Source: Nemertoderma westbladi
Lineage: Eukaryota > Animalia > Xenacoelomorpha
Assembly: GCA_032718475.1 (NCBI GenBank)
Contig: JAUCBJ010001857.1
Location: 1 to 36,769, forward strand
Direction: 5' to 3'
DNA: 36,769 nt
The notes beneath the pieces are model-generated. The model saw only the letters and a list, made by a program, of their open reading frames with translations. It was not told the origin of the DNA and ran no database searches. The position numbers and the translations under genes were made by a program. Each line of letters starts with the position of its first letter. Within the stretch, counting starts at the first letter, position 1. This document shows, one piece after another, positions 1 through 12,887 of this stretch.

Positions 1-204
1 AAAAGGTCGTAGAACCATGGAGCCCAGTTTGGCACATAAGGATAATTGAAGAGTTATCAAAAAAGAAATACAGACTTTGTTAACTTCTTCAAGTCCTATG
101 ATTCACTCTCTCGCTCATATATGTTCAGCATACTTTCATTGCATGGCATTGCTGATGAAATTATTGCAGTAAACAGATCAGTATACATTCAGCAACATTT
201 ATGT
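1..204 (+). mobile_element. Degenerate RT-region fragment of an RTE-like non-LTR retrotransposon (same family as 205-1975 and 25797-28097), running in from the left edge
   Basis: Translates to ..DFVNFFKSYDSLSRSYMFSILSLHGIADEII.. It is the reverse-complement paralogue of 1140-1370. It stops abruptly at ..catttatgtctact, where the (CTA)n tail of the minus-strand copy begins. Confidence 0.85.
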
Positions 205-1975
205 CTACTACTACTACTAGGATCGGCATGCTGCAATGCAGCTGCATTTTTAAGAATGCTGTGCCGGCTTGTCGACAAAATTGTGCCACCACAACTCCCT
301 ATCACCCATGACATTTGCTAGATCATCCCCGTCTTCAAGGCCAGTGTCCTTTAAGATGCGCCTCAAGAAAGTCATGGGCTGTCCACCATTCTTATTCACT
401 CTATGAGGCTGCCAAAGCACAAGATTGTGCATTGGCTGGTCCTCACGGCGAAAGCAATGTCCTGCAAAGTGGAGGCAACTTTGTTCTAGTGTCAAGCTTG
501 GGGGAACCATTGAGACACCTCCAATGTTATATAGTGTTCGGTTGGAGATGCGTGCATTGTACTTGACACAATGAACCCGGGGCAGCATTCCTGTGAATGT
601 GCCATCCAAAGATTTGGTGTTCTCAGCAGTTAGAGCCCAGCATGGACTCCCATAGAGGGCTACTGGAACTACTGCTGCTCTAAATATTCGGACCTCAAGT
701 TTCCGATTAATTATCTGTGACTTCCAAATCCTGGAAAGCCTATTCAAGGCTGCCCATGCCTTTCCCTTATGTATTCGAAGGTCCTCACCTGACTTCCGGA
801 TCCATGATCCCAGGTAACAGAAGTCGTCCACATGCTCAAGCATACCATCCTTTGAGCTTATGCTCATCCAGTCAGAGACTCCAATGAGCTGAGGAGCCGT
901 TGGTCTCCCTCTAGTGAGTGATTCTGAGAGTACTCCTAAGTCATCAGCAAAGTCTAGATCAGTTAGGTACTTGGCAGGATTTCCTCGAATTCTGGAGCCA
1001 GTAGGTGGAGTTACCATCACCCCATCATCATTATGATAATCTAAGGACATGTGTAGAACATAGTCAACCACAATTATGAACAAGAATTGTGCAAGTGTGA
1101 CTCCTTGGAGGACTCCCCATAATACTTCAAATGGTTCTGTGTCACCATCAACAGTAGACACAAATGTTGTCGAATCGTATACTGATCTGATTGCTGCAAT
1201 AATTTCATCAGGAATCCCATATAATGAAAGTATACTGAACATACGTGAGCGAGAGACTGAATCAAAGGCCTTGAAGAAGTCAACAAAGACAACAGCCAGA
1301 TGCATTTCTTTTTGATAACTCTTCAATTATCCTTCTCAGTGCCAAAATGGGCTCCGTGGTCCCATGACCTTTACGGAATCCATTCTGATTTCCACAGAGC
1401 AGTCTCTCAATGGGATCCCTGATGCGATGTAATAGAATTATATTGTATAGCTTTGCAGCAATCGATATTAATGAGATTCCACAAAAAGAACCATAGAGTG
1501 TTAGGTTGCCCTTCTTGGGAACAGGCACCAACTTTTATTTTTTTCTTGTGGGACTCTTGCTGTTTTGAACATGTCTATAGTATGATGGGGTAAATGAGCT
1601 CCGAACTCTCTGGTATTTTAAAGACCTCATGGGGAATACCATCTACTCAACTGGCACAATTGGTCTTAATGCTCTTTGCAGCAGCATTCACTTCAGCAAA
1701 GGAGATATCGCCAATAGGATTATCTGGTAGTACAGACCCCGACACTTTTACTTCTATAAAGTTATCAAGGAATGACCTGTCATTATTGAGGAGCTTTTCA
1801 AAGTGGGCCTCCCAAACATCGAGGCGATGGGGTGGTGATTCTGCCATAACCTTGGTGGTTGGTTGGCTTTAACACACATTCAGCAAGTTGATCGATTTCC
1901 TTGCATCCTGAGATGATTGCCTGCTGTCGTCGGCATCATTGATGGCATTAACATGGTGGTTGATAAGCTGCTGTA
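205..1975 (-). mobile_element. 5'-truncated, frameshifted RTE-like LINE (reverse transcriptase ORF pseudogene) with a very short 3' UTR and (TAG)n tail
   Basis: Minus-strand ORFs 1647-1847, 1280-1531 and 250-1326 carry LINE RT motifs: VPVPKKGNL..GISL, QNGFRKG, FVDFFKAFDSV, GVLQGVTLAQFLFIIVVD, DFADDL, FCYLGS, LYGSPCW. The stop at 250-252 is followed by ~30 nt and then TAGTAGTAGTAG (ctactactactactag at 205-220 on +). Clade assigned by motif resemblance only. Confidence 0.9.
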
Positions 1976-2871
1976 TATTATTAGAGTACTGCCTCTGGTG
2001 ATTACAGATGGATAGGCATATGCAATGGATTAATTGCTGATGGGACATTTAATAACAACTGCCAACTATAGTTATTTATATATATATATATAATGATATT
2101 ACATAATATTATTTAATATAAATAAAATAGAATTAAAATTGAAATGTTAATTTTATAATGAGCAATAAGTATTAATCTCATTTTAAGGGAAATCTGTCTG
2201 TTTAAGTCAGTGAACATTGTAATTTGGGCTTTCTAACCAACTAAACATGCCTACACATATGCCTACGCCTACACTGATGCCGATGCCGACAACTACTCTC
2301 ATTTATTGATTTGGTTGGAAAAAGCTGATATTGTACTTTACATGCTTCCTTATCTGTAGTCACACTTATTCAAAGAATATGAGTGCCGACCGATATATAT
2401 AAATTTTTATGAAAATGTCTTGATATAGTAGGTGTAGGTGTAAGCGCAGTTGTAGACGTTACTTGTGGATTGCACAGTACTGAAAATCGAAGTGAGGCGC
2501 TTACAATTTTGCTATTGAATTGGCTAACTGCATTGGTACTACTGTAGTACTGATCTGCATTACTCTGATAAAAGGCCCGAGAGAATGATTCCAGTTCGAG
2601 TTCAAACTAATTCTACTACTATTAGGTTAGTTAGTATTAGTATTTATTCATTTTTATTATTATTTATTTCGTTCATTCGTTATTATTTTTATTTATTTAT
2701 TTATATTTATTTTATATTTTTATTTTATTAGTATTAGTTAGTTTGTATTAATTTATTAACTTTTTAGATCATTGTAATCTTGGTAAATACGGTTTCGATT
2801 GTGTTTCAATTGAATTAGTTTGATCTAGGTTGTTTAGTTTAGTCTAATTTGAGCGATTGGTGCATACAACC

Positions 2872-2982
2872 CCAGGATGAAAAGTCCGGCACGTTTAGTC
2901 CGGGACAAAAAGCCCGGGATAAAAAGTCTGTTACTAAAAGTGTGGGGATGAAAAGTCCCAGGAAATAAATGTCCATATACCC
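2872..2982. repeat. Short degenerate tandem repeat of a GGGATGAAAAGTCC-like motif, probable DNA-transposon terminal remnant
   Basis: caggatgaaaagtcc, gggacaaaaagccc, gggataaaaagtct and gggatgaaaagtcc all fall within ~110 bp. Confidence 0.45.
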
Positions 2983-3323
2983 TTTCAACAAATGTGACTG
3001 TTTCGCCAAAATAACTGAGGGCAATGACTGGACGAACTGATCAGTGCTATTCATGATTTGAACGGATTCATTTATTAGAATGGAAGAAACATTCCTATCC
3101 GTATATTGTGACTCATAGCTCACACCACTCGTGGGATGTACTGTATAATATGTAATGGTTATGCGACCATTAACAGCGTTATTAACATTAACATTAACAA
3201 TGAACAGCGTTATTTTGTAATTCCTTATTTTGCTCAATGAGTACCATTTTTTTAACAACGTTATTACAACTTGAAGCAGTTTAATTATTAAATGTTAAAT
3301 TTTATTAATGTGTTTTATTTTAG

Positions 3324-3989
3324 AAACACAACCTAATGCTTGTAATTACTCAGCATCCTGGCCTCTAAACTCAGAATATATTGCCAATGATTTAAGCCAA
3401 CAGTTTAATGGAGTATTAAATGGAGATTTGGTTTATAGACCCGGAATCACTGGAACTGACTACCAATCGATTGACTTCCGAAATTTCTACATCTCAATTG
3501 ACCACGGAATCAATGAATTAACATCAGAAACATTTACCTTTGTTGCCTTTATAAGGAACACTGGGGGAACTGGTCCGATATATGAATTTGGAGATCTATC
3601 AAGCAGAGGTTCACATTTATTCAATCACCCTATAGCTACATCACTGTGGTACAATCCGTTAACTATAGGAAATCCTAAGGAAGTTATCAATGCTGTTATT
3701 ACCAATGAATGGCATATGGTTGCCCTTAGTGTGGCGGCTGATGATATGAAGGTATTAATGTACTCAAGGAATGTTGCAACTAATGTTCGTGTGTGGTCGG
3801 AGTTTGGGGATTCATTTGGGTTGAGGTCACCTAACGATCAAACAACTCCTTTACTTTTGGGGGTTGGAGATCTAAATACCTTGAATTACCCCGGATTCAT
3901 TGCCCATGCCCGTTATTACGATTGTTCGCTATCATTGGGACAGTTGGATGTTATTTATGAGGAGATTCTTACAATGAATCAAAATTATG
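3324..3989 (+). CDS. Internal coding exon 1 (subtype A): one ConA-like/LamG-like (Laminin_G_3/pentraxin-like) domain
   Basis: Acceptor ttttattttag|AA, donor TATG|gtttga, 666 nt, phase 1-1. Protein C-x5-WPLN..G..G..IDF..YISI..TFTFVAF..GPIYEF..EWHMVA..LLLG..YPGFIAHARYYDCSLS..LD matches the LamG-like jelly-roll pattern. The rest of the 291-aa ORF is intron read-through. Confidence 0.88.
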
Positions 3990-4189
3990 GTTTGATTATT
4001 TATAATAAAATAATACAAGTTTTTTTCCAAATAAAATTAGTTTTCTACATAATTTATTATAGTCAACGATTAATTCCTACAAATATTATAATGTCAAAGA
4101 AAACAACATTTACGTTCAAATTCATTGAATGGATAAAAATGGGAATTTTCCTAAATATGGTGTACGACAACAACAACTTTTAGTGTAAA

Positions 4190-7030
4190 ATGAAATATTG
4201 GTGTACACCTCAGCAGCCAGCAATCCGTTTTATTTCAGCATACTTCATGTCAACACTTTGAGAAGCCCAACATACAAATAATTTGTCTTACCAATATCAT
4301 AAACCAAATACCTCCTACTAGTGAATATATTAATACAATATCTTCTAATGGCTTCACTCAAACTATAAACCAACATACTCGTATCACTCCCTATTCTAGA
4401 TCTACTATATACCACATCCTTGGTAATATACACTCATCTATTTGCTCAACACAGGTGTATTTTTAACAGAAACTGGTACAACCAACCACCTTCCTACTTT
4501 CATGGTTTTAACTGATTATTCGATGTTTTTCTTCCTCCTGATACAAAGCGCACTTACGATTACTCAAAATTTAATAAAGATAGGTTTACTAATGATGTAC
4601 GAAACTTTTCCTTTAGATATTCAGCTAATAACACCCCTGACAAACTTAAACTAGAGAGTTTTTATGATGACTTCACAAATATCTGTAAGGATAACCTTCC
4701 ATCCGTGGTTGTACAAAAACGAGATGTTCCAAAGAAACCTTGCCGCACAAAATCGCTAATTTTAGGAATAAAAAAGAAAAACTTATAATACCCAATATAT
4801 TCTAAATCGTCCACAATTGAATATCATAATCATTATAAATTATACAGAAATAAATTAACCACACTATTTAGAGCAGCTGAAAACAAAACTACAACTCAGA
4901 AATCAATAAAAATTATAATAATATGCGTAAGACTTGGAAAACATTAAACTCTTTATTACACCGTTCTGCAAAAACATCAACACCAAAGAGATTAAACGTG
5001 GACAAAGATGGGAAAATTATTTCTCTCTCCAATCCAGCTGATATAGCGAACGCCTTTAACAATTTCTTTTCCAACATTGGTCCTCAACTTGCTTCACAAT
5101 TTACTTCAAGTTCTTGTTGTCCTACTCGCCACATAAGACATCCCAAATACAATTCCTTCGGACTTTCAGAAACATCTTCCGCTGAAATTCATTACATTAC
5201 TTTACAATTAGATGAGAAGTGCGCCTTCAATGACGATTTTCTGATTTCTTTAGTAAAGCTTGTGGCCCCATTTATATCTACTCATTTATGTAGCTTGATT
5301 AATCTCAGTTTACGACTAGGGCATTTTCCTGATTGTCTTAAGTTAGCAAAGGCCATTCCAGCATATAAATGTGGTAACCCATTTCTTCCTACAAACTACC
5401 GTCCAATCTCCCTCCTCCCTGTTTTCCATACAATCTTCGAAACAGTTTTATACAACCCGCTTATAACATTTGATACTCTTGACCACTCCATACTTATAAA
5501 GAAACTTCAGTCATATGGTATACGTGGAACCCCTTCGTCGATTTTCTGAGATTACTTACTTATCCAATCGCAAACAGTTTGCTTCATTAGGAGTTACGTC
5601 ATCTTTAGTAGTTAATTTAATCAACTGTGGTATCCCGCTAGATTCGGTACTAGGCCCAATCCATTTTTTACTTTATATAAATGATCTCCAAAATGCAACC
5701 TCTCTCATTACCACACTGTTTGCAGATTATACATCTCTCATGCTCCATGATAGTAACATAACCAGATTAACTAATACTATAAATACCGAAAGTAATTTAA
5801 TTAATGATTGGCTGATAGATAATAAATTAACCTTAAACACCGATAAAATAGAAAACTCCATATTTACATTCTCGTAAAATTTCAACTTACCAAGCACAAC
5901 AATTATTATCAACAACAAACCCTTCAGATGTACGTCCGCTTCAAAATACTTAGGCATAATTATAGATGATAAACTCACATTTAAGGCGCACATTAAATAC
6001 ATACTTAAAAAAATTGTCTAAAACAGATGGACTGTTCTAAAAATCTATACATATACATAACATATACTTTCTAGAGATTTACTCCGCGCATGCTTTTTAA
6101 TACATTAATTTATCCTTACATTTCCTATGGCTTGATTGTTTGGGGCGGCACTTATAAGTCCAATACAGATCCTTTGAAAGTAAAAATCAATAAAATATTG
6201 CGTTGTATCACATTTAATCATTCTCAATCCTCATCCTATTCCATCTACCAACAATTACGTATCCTGCCTCTAGATCTCCTCTATAAATACCAGGTGCTAA
6301 TACTCATGTTCGAAGTCCATAATAATCCATCTCACCCTCTAGCTTACCTCTTTACTAAAGCCTCTTCGGTTCACTCATATAATACTCGCTCTGCTTCCTC
6401 TGGCCTGTATCATTTACCTCCGGCTCGTTTGGATATTCGCTATCTTTCAGTATCTATGCAAGGACCACTTTTGTGGAACTTATTAACAAAAATTATTAGG
6501 GACAGTCGAAGCCTGGCTATAGTTAAGAAAAAATTAAAAAACCACTTACTGCAGATATGATTAAACCATTTCAATTTTAATAGTATACATATATATTTTT
6601 TTTTCTTTCATATACATTCTCCCCAATTGGTTTTCAACAGCTTGCGTTATATAAATATATTTTCCTTTACATATTTTGCGTCATATATATAGTTTCATAC
6701 TTTTTTTCTTTACATATACATTCACCCCCATTGGTTATCATCAGTTTGCTATGCAGTCTTGTGTACCACAAATTTATTTTTTACATGCAGGAAAAAACAA
6801 ATATTTTTAAAATTCCGACAGCAGTCATCCGCACCGCACCCACCTATCTGTATAATTAGATTTACATTTAAACATTATAGAACTCTCCAGATGCAGGGGT
6901 GAGCTAAAACTACACTAGCTATGCTATACTGGAAGCTCACACCAATCAGCCCAGTAATTAATTTTGTAGGGTATGGATGTATGTTGGTATTAATTTTATT
7001 TTATATTTTGGAGGAAATAAATAATAAATA
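4190..7030 (+). mobile_element. Decayed CR1/L2-group (Jockey superclade) LINE: end of APE domain, RT, 3' UTR
   Basis: Broken ORFs 4442-6560 contain NHLP (APE end), KTWKTLN, FNNFFSNIG, NYRPISLLP, GIPLDSVLGPIHFLLYINDL, LFADYT, KYLGIIIDDKLTF and YPYISYGLIVWG. A 3' stem-loop (ggtgagct..agctcacacc, ~6898-6943) is followed by an (AATA)n tail at ~7015-7030. The left boundary is approximate. Confidence 0.88.
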
Positions 7031-8123
7031 ATCTTACACTAATTGTATAACCTAACCATAATCCATATATAGGTATTATTGTAATATATAATGCCATACT
7101 TAATTACTAACGTTGCTCTATACTAATATTCAATTTCGACACAAATTTTACCATTTGAAGTGTCGACATGGGGTAAAAATTTACAAAAAAAAAGGCGCCC
7201 TTCAAACTATTATTACAAAGTCTTTATATAGTGTTTTGAAGTGTTGACTATTTCTTATAGTTTTTCGAAGCGTTGATACATACATACAGAATAATACATA
7301 CAGTATAGAATAATTCAAATTTCCCTGCATTTCAATCTGCAGCTTTTATAACCCACCAATACAGCCTTCAGTTAATATATAGCAATTTTATTATGTTAAT
7401 ATATATATATGTTAATAAGTTAATATATAGTAATGTAGCACAATATTAGACTTGATAAAGAACTGTTTGTTCGAAAATGTGCCATTTCATACATATTTAA
7501 ATTTATTTATTTATAATAATTCCCATCCTGTAAATTAAATATAAACTTAATTGTATCCGCGTAAACCCAGTGATTAGGGTTTACCAAATATATTTCAAAT
7601 TTAGTACTCCCGTCTGACCAAAGTTACACCCTATTCAGTATCTGCTTAACAACGCAGAAACCGACCAGGAAATTAACAAGCGATTCCTTTTAAACTGTAT
7701 TGATGAAACCAAAACACCAAACGTAATTTCTCAGTCAATCAGAATCCATATTACACATGGGAAATTTCAATAGTTAATACAAAAATCCACAAAGATTGCA
7801 CCAAAATCGTCCTATAATATATTTACGCTCAAATGCAAAACGCCTATCACCATTTGCATATGCTAAGACGTTTCTTAGTACAAAGAGACACCCCGTATCA
7901 ATATCTTGATCACACGAACATCCAATGTGACGCAATCAGTTAATATGTTAAACACAGCTTACAAAGAATCCACGCCAAGAAGGGTAGTTTGTAGGGTTTG
8001 TGGTCTGGGCTTATTGGCAAATGGGCCTTGGGAAGCTCAATATGTGAGGATCGGTTTTTATGCTATCAAAGTTAGATTTTACCAACTCCTTCTTATTTAT
8101 TTATTAATATTAATATTTTTCAG

Positions 8124-8798
8124 ATCAATGTAATTTTGACAGAAGTTGGTGGACTTTATCGAACCTTAATGATGTAGCTTCTGATAGTTTAGGAATTCAT
8201 CATGGTTTCATTGAAGGCACACTAAGGTGGCAGCCAGGTCCAGGGGGCGTTGAAAACCGAGGACTCGACTTCAAAAATGGGTACATCTCAATTCCACATG
8301 AACCACATGAATTAACTTCCGAGTCATTAACTATGACGGCCTTTGTAATGGCTACTTCCGTTGGTCCAATATTCGAATTTGGTACATCAAATGAATATGG
8401 TTCACATTTTTGGGTTAACGTTCATCATTCTTTGTCATATAATCCAGCATCAGGACCATATTCAATCTCACCAAATGACGCTGTTATCTTAAATGAATGG
8501 CATATGGTTGCAATTAGTGTAACAGCACATGAAAAATACACTTACTACAGTCGTAGAGTTGGAACCAATGAAAATATTTGGTCAGAAGAAATAGTATCAA
8601 ATACTGAAAGAAAGGCCCTGGATAGCACTGCTAATCTATATTTGGGGAAACGTATTTGTAGTCAAGTTGGAGCATGCGGTTATGAAAACCTGGCTTTCCC
8701 TGGGTACATAGCACATTCCCGTTATTACAGCTGTTCTCTATCTGAAACAGAGCTTAATGAAGCTTACAATGAGCTACTAAGTCATCAACCTGATTTCA
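8124..8798 (+). CDS. Internal coding exon 2 (subtype B): one ConA-like/LamG-like domain
   Basis: Acceptor atttttcag|AT, donor TTCA|gtaagt, 675 nt, phase 1-1. The frame is open upstream of the listed ATG: DQCNFDRSWWTLSNLNDVASDSLGIHHGFIEGTLRWQPGPGGVENRGLDFKNGYISIPHEPHELTSESLT(MTAFV..)..FPGYIAHSRYYSCSLSETEL..LLSHQPDF. Confidence 0.9.
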
Positions 8799-10239
8799 GT
8801 AAGTGCAACTGTATGTCATAAAGTTAGTAAGTCTAAGCATACTCTTTATTATAGGCCCAATTTTCATTGTACGTCTTTCCATTAGACAGTTCACTCATGT
8901 TTGAACGTCATTATCTCAGCTTTGGTTCGGTCAATTATATATAAATTTGATAAGAGTGTAGAAGTCGAACTTAAATGTTGAAAATTATAGTTAACATAGG
9001 CCTAATCCATAATTTTAACGATGCATGCGTATTAACAGGGGCACCTCTGTCAACAAATAAATAAACAAACCCTATAAAGTGCCCACATATCAGAATAATG
9101 GTTGGTAGAATATTGAGATATGGAAATTCATTCCTCTCAAGGCAGAACAAGAGTGCTGCAATGCGAGGTTTCCAAATAGGACTATGTATACAGAAGTCAA
9201 TTCTATGCGGATGTTAAACCAAGTTTTGGCGGAAATGACCTGGGTAGCTGTTCGGTTAGTGGCATACTGAGATTCGGGTGGTGTTCTGGAACCCAGGGAT
9301 CAAACAGAAGGCAAACACTTGGGATATCTGTCTGGCACATTCTGGAGGAGAACCCACCAGATAGAGGTAGATGATCCTGTGAATTTCCTCGAGCAATGTA
9401 TTAACAATCTGCAACTTGATGTAACTGGCAGCCTGCCTGATCTGAAGAAGGCAAGAACACTCCATGGTAGCACTGAAATGTGCCAATGGAGAGGAGAGTT
9501 CAGTTTTGCCCTCTGATCATGGCTGGACATAATGCTGGACACAACAATCCTGTCCATATCCTGGACAGAATCCTGTCCAGATCTTGTCACCATGCTCAGT
9601 TGTACCTACTGTAATACAGTAGGTGTAATACAGTAGTATGTAATGTTAACTATGGCCTGGTTGTTGTAGCACATCACATCACCCTACCAACTCTGCTGCG
9701 GACTAAGAGGGGAAATTTTCGAATGCATTAATATTGGAACGTATAAATATCTATAAATACAAAATGTCTAACAATTTACATTATTATTTTTTAATAATAA
9801 TACTATTAATTATATTAGAATTTACATTTCCAATATTAATATTTATATTTTCTAATATAATATTTTATTATAATATTTTCCAGTTCTAACAATACGATTT
9901 CTCATATCATTGGATCCCAAACTTCTTCCATACTAGCTTAGCTTCTTTAATAACATTTATTACTCAGAGTAACAATTGTTGCAGGGCACTTTTTATTTCG
10001 TATGTCGGCATTTACCACGCCGAAAATAAACTTACTAGACCAATCATACTGGTCTATATGTTATGGATCACACACTTAACATTAAGCACGGCTGGTAATA
10101 AACTAAATATATTTTATTTTGTAGTCTCAAATTTAATTTATTTCGATATTGTAAATAATCCTTTTTACCGCACAAGCAGCAATACTGCTATAATGTCTCA
10201 CACATATTTAGTGGAACTTATATAATTGTCAAGATTTAA

Positions 10240-11595
10240 GGGCACGTGTTTGTGGTCAAAATTTAAAAAAATCAAAAAAAAAATTTTTACGGATTCTGGA
10301 TCGAAATTTAATGGCGATTTCAAAACTGAAAACGACAATGCGAGATCTATTTTAGTTCTCGAGTTATAGCTGTCTGTTTGTCTGTCAGTCGGTCAGTCTG
10401 ACAAAATATAAGAAACACAATTTTGCCATACTGTAGGAATTTTCCTGTTTAGTGATCACATTTATAATGTCAATCTCAACGTTTCATGTATTCTAGATTG
10501 TCTGTCATTCTGCCTGCCTGCCTGCATGTCTATCTGTCTGCCTGTCTGTCTTTCTGTTTGTTGGCCTGTCTGTCAGTCAAAAAGAAAGAATAAAATACAC
10601 AACTGAAAATATTGTTGTAGAGGTTTTCCTGGTCTATGATTCCATTTCTTATGTCCGTTTTAAAGGTTAAAGGGTTCTAAATGGTCTATTGGGATGTTAT
10701 ATTTTGACGGACAGACCGACATGAATACAGACCCAACACAAAGCCATTATATTTAAATATTGACATCAGAAATGGAATCACCGACCAGGAAAACCCCTTT
10801 AAATCAATTTTTAGCGATGTTGTGTCCTTTCCTAAATTTCGACTGACAGACGGACTGATTGTCTGATAAACAGACAGACTGACAGTTAGACCGTCTGGAA
10901 TTATTCAAACGTCAAAACTAACTTCGGTATTGAAATCACCGACCAGGAAAAACCACATAACCTAAATTTCAGTTCGGTAGTGTGTTTCCGTAATTATTGA
11001 CTGACAGACAGACAGATTGTCCGACAAACTGACAGACTGGAATTCATCAATCGTCAAAACTAACATCGGAAATGCAATCACCACCCCAGAAAACCCCCAT
11101 ATCGAACATTTTAGCTAAGAAGGATTCTTCCTTATTTTTTCAATATAATTTGAATTATCCCTCCATTTAACATAAAATGGCGGGAAGGTTTGAAAACTTT
11201 AAATGGCTTTATCTCAGAATTTTATTTTTCAGTTTTATTTTTCACTCATGATCCTGTTTCTCTGGAACTACTGGACCAAATTGGATGACGTTTTCAGTAT
11301 ATGTTCTTCTAATGACCCTTTATAGGTGGTAGCACATTTAGACATGTGGGTTAGAAATTTAAAAAGTTACATCTCAAAAAACGGCCAAAATACGTGTTTT
11401 TTTCACTTTTTGCAAATAACATTTTTCACTTTGAAAATTTCTGGTGATCACAATAATTTATTTTATTTATTCTGCTACCACGTCTGAGACACATGCAAAA
11501 TTAATTCCCCTTCAAATTTCAAGCCATTCTGTTGAACCAATTCCTCAGAAGAGGTACATAGCTTAATAGTCAAATGTATGGACAAATACGTGCCC
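10240..11595. mobile_element. Non-autonomous TTAA-targeting DNA transposon with GG..CC termini (Kolobok-like)
   Basis: TTAA|gggcacgtgtttgt ... acaaatacgtgccc|TTAA: TIR matching at 13 of 14 nt, with TTAA on both sides (10236-10239, 11596-11599). The interior has ~140-180-bp subrepeats (aatcaccgaccaggaaaa, gactgacagac) in both orientations and no ORF. Confidence 0.85.
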
Positions 11596-11954
11596 TTAAA
11601 TAAATATACATTTACTGTATTTATATAATTCACTGCTTTTATTATAAGTCTCACTAACCCACGATCCTTAGTCTGTTAAAAAAAATATGCACAAAAATAT
11701 TTATGAAAGTTTACCATTAGCAATCCAGTTATACCCTGTGGTGAAAATGGAGACGCACATGCAGTTACATGTTTAGAATGGGAGAATCTTTTAAGAATGT
11801 TAGGTAGGCCAAGGAATGTCTGTTCACCACCATGGGTAATCTTCCACAGTAAACCCTTCACTCTTCCAACTATATAAAAAGCAACTGTCCTAGCAGCACT
11901 ACTCAACTACTGCTGCTGTTGCTTTTAATATTTTTATATGTTTTATTTTTATAG

Positions 11955-12629
11955 CTGTACCACCACCTTCTTGTAACAATGCAGCACACTGGCCATTGAA
12001 TTCGGAATACATAGCTAAAGATTTAACCAAACAGTTCAATGGTACAATAAGTGGAGATTTGGTTTATAGACCCGGAATCACAGGAATTGAGTATCAAGCG
12101 ATTGACTTCCGAAATTTCTACATCTCAATTGACCACGGAATCAATGAATTAACATCAGAAACATTTACCTTTGTTGCCTTTATAAGGAACACTGGGGGAA
12201 CTGGTCCTATATATGAATTTGGAGATCTATCAAGCAGAGGTTCATATTTATTCAGCTATCAAGTTGCCACGTCTCTGTGGTACAATCCGGCAACTATAGG
12301 AAATCCTAATAATTTTAAGGAGGTTATCAATGCTGTTGTTATCAATGAATGGCATATGGTTGCCCTTAGTGTGGCGGCTGATGATATGAAGGTATTCATG
12401 TACTCGAGGAATGTTGCAACTAATGTTCGTGTGTGGTCGGAGTTTGGGGATTCATTTGGATTGAGATCACCTAATGATCAAACAACTCCTTTACTTTTGG
12501 GGGTTGCGTTTGACCTTACCACACATTTCCCAGGATTCATTGCTCATGCCCGTTTTTACGAATGTTCGCTATCATTGGGACAGCTTGATGTTATTTATGA
12601 TGAAGTGGTCGCCATGGAAGACAATTATG
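11955..12629 (+). CDS. Internal coding exon 3 (subtype A): one ConA-like/LamG-like domain
   Basis: Acceptor ttatttttatag|CT, donor TATG|gtaagt, 675 nt, phase 1-1. Reads TVPPPSCNNAAHWPLNSEYIAKD..FPGFIAHARFYECSLSLGQLDVIYDEVVAMEDNY. Confidence 0.92.
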
Positions 12630-12887
12630 GTAAGTGACACTCCAAACGGAATATATCCAAAAAATAACTAAAGATTTACAAGTATCTCCTTAAAGTGAAA
12701 AGGGGCGATCCCTGAGGCCCTTTGCCACCCAGGAAACCAAAAGGTCACCTGAAACAGTTATTAACCAAAATGGGAAACAATTAACACCCCGGCTTGTAAG
12801 GACCACAAAGGTCTACTTACAAGCAGTGAGCCTTGCCAGAAGAACCAAATTGCATGTCAGATGAGCGTGCAATCTACCATATATTAA

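Noticed and set aside
2839-3258. 139-aa minus-strand ORF
   Set aside because: Low-complexity AT-rich sequence overlapping a short repeat, with no domain signal.
3990-4183. Hydrophobic C-terminal extension of the 291-aa ORF as a transmembrane anchor
   Set aside because: It lies past the position where the paralogous exons splice and is AT-rich, low-complexity sequence. Most likely intron read-through.
9240-9600. Overlapping short ORFs in a GC-richer patch
   Set aside because: No motif I can identify and no convincing splice sites in phase with the gene. Probably an old TE fragment.
11676-11906. 76-aa minus-strand ORF just upstream of exon 3
   Set aside because: No recognisable family, and it is absent upstream of the duplicate exon 5.
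250-12629. Diversity-generating retroelement (RT next to near-identical repeats in lectin-like genes)
   Set aside because: The RTs are decayed LINE-type enzymes. Differences between the exon copies are not adenine-specific and include synonymous changes and an indel, and both copies are spliced coding exons.
12792-12824. Hairpin gcttgtaag-gacc..ggtc-ta-cttacaagc conserved after exons 3 and 5 as a splicing selector
   Set aside because: Its conservation is explained by the recent duplication. It resembles a LINE 3' stem-loop relic and is absent after exons 1, 2 and 4.
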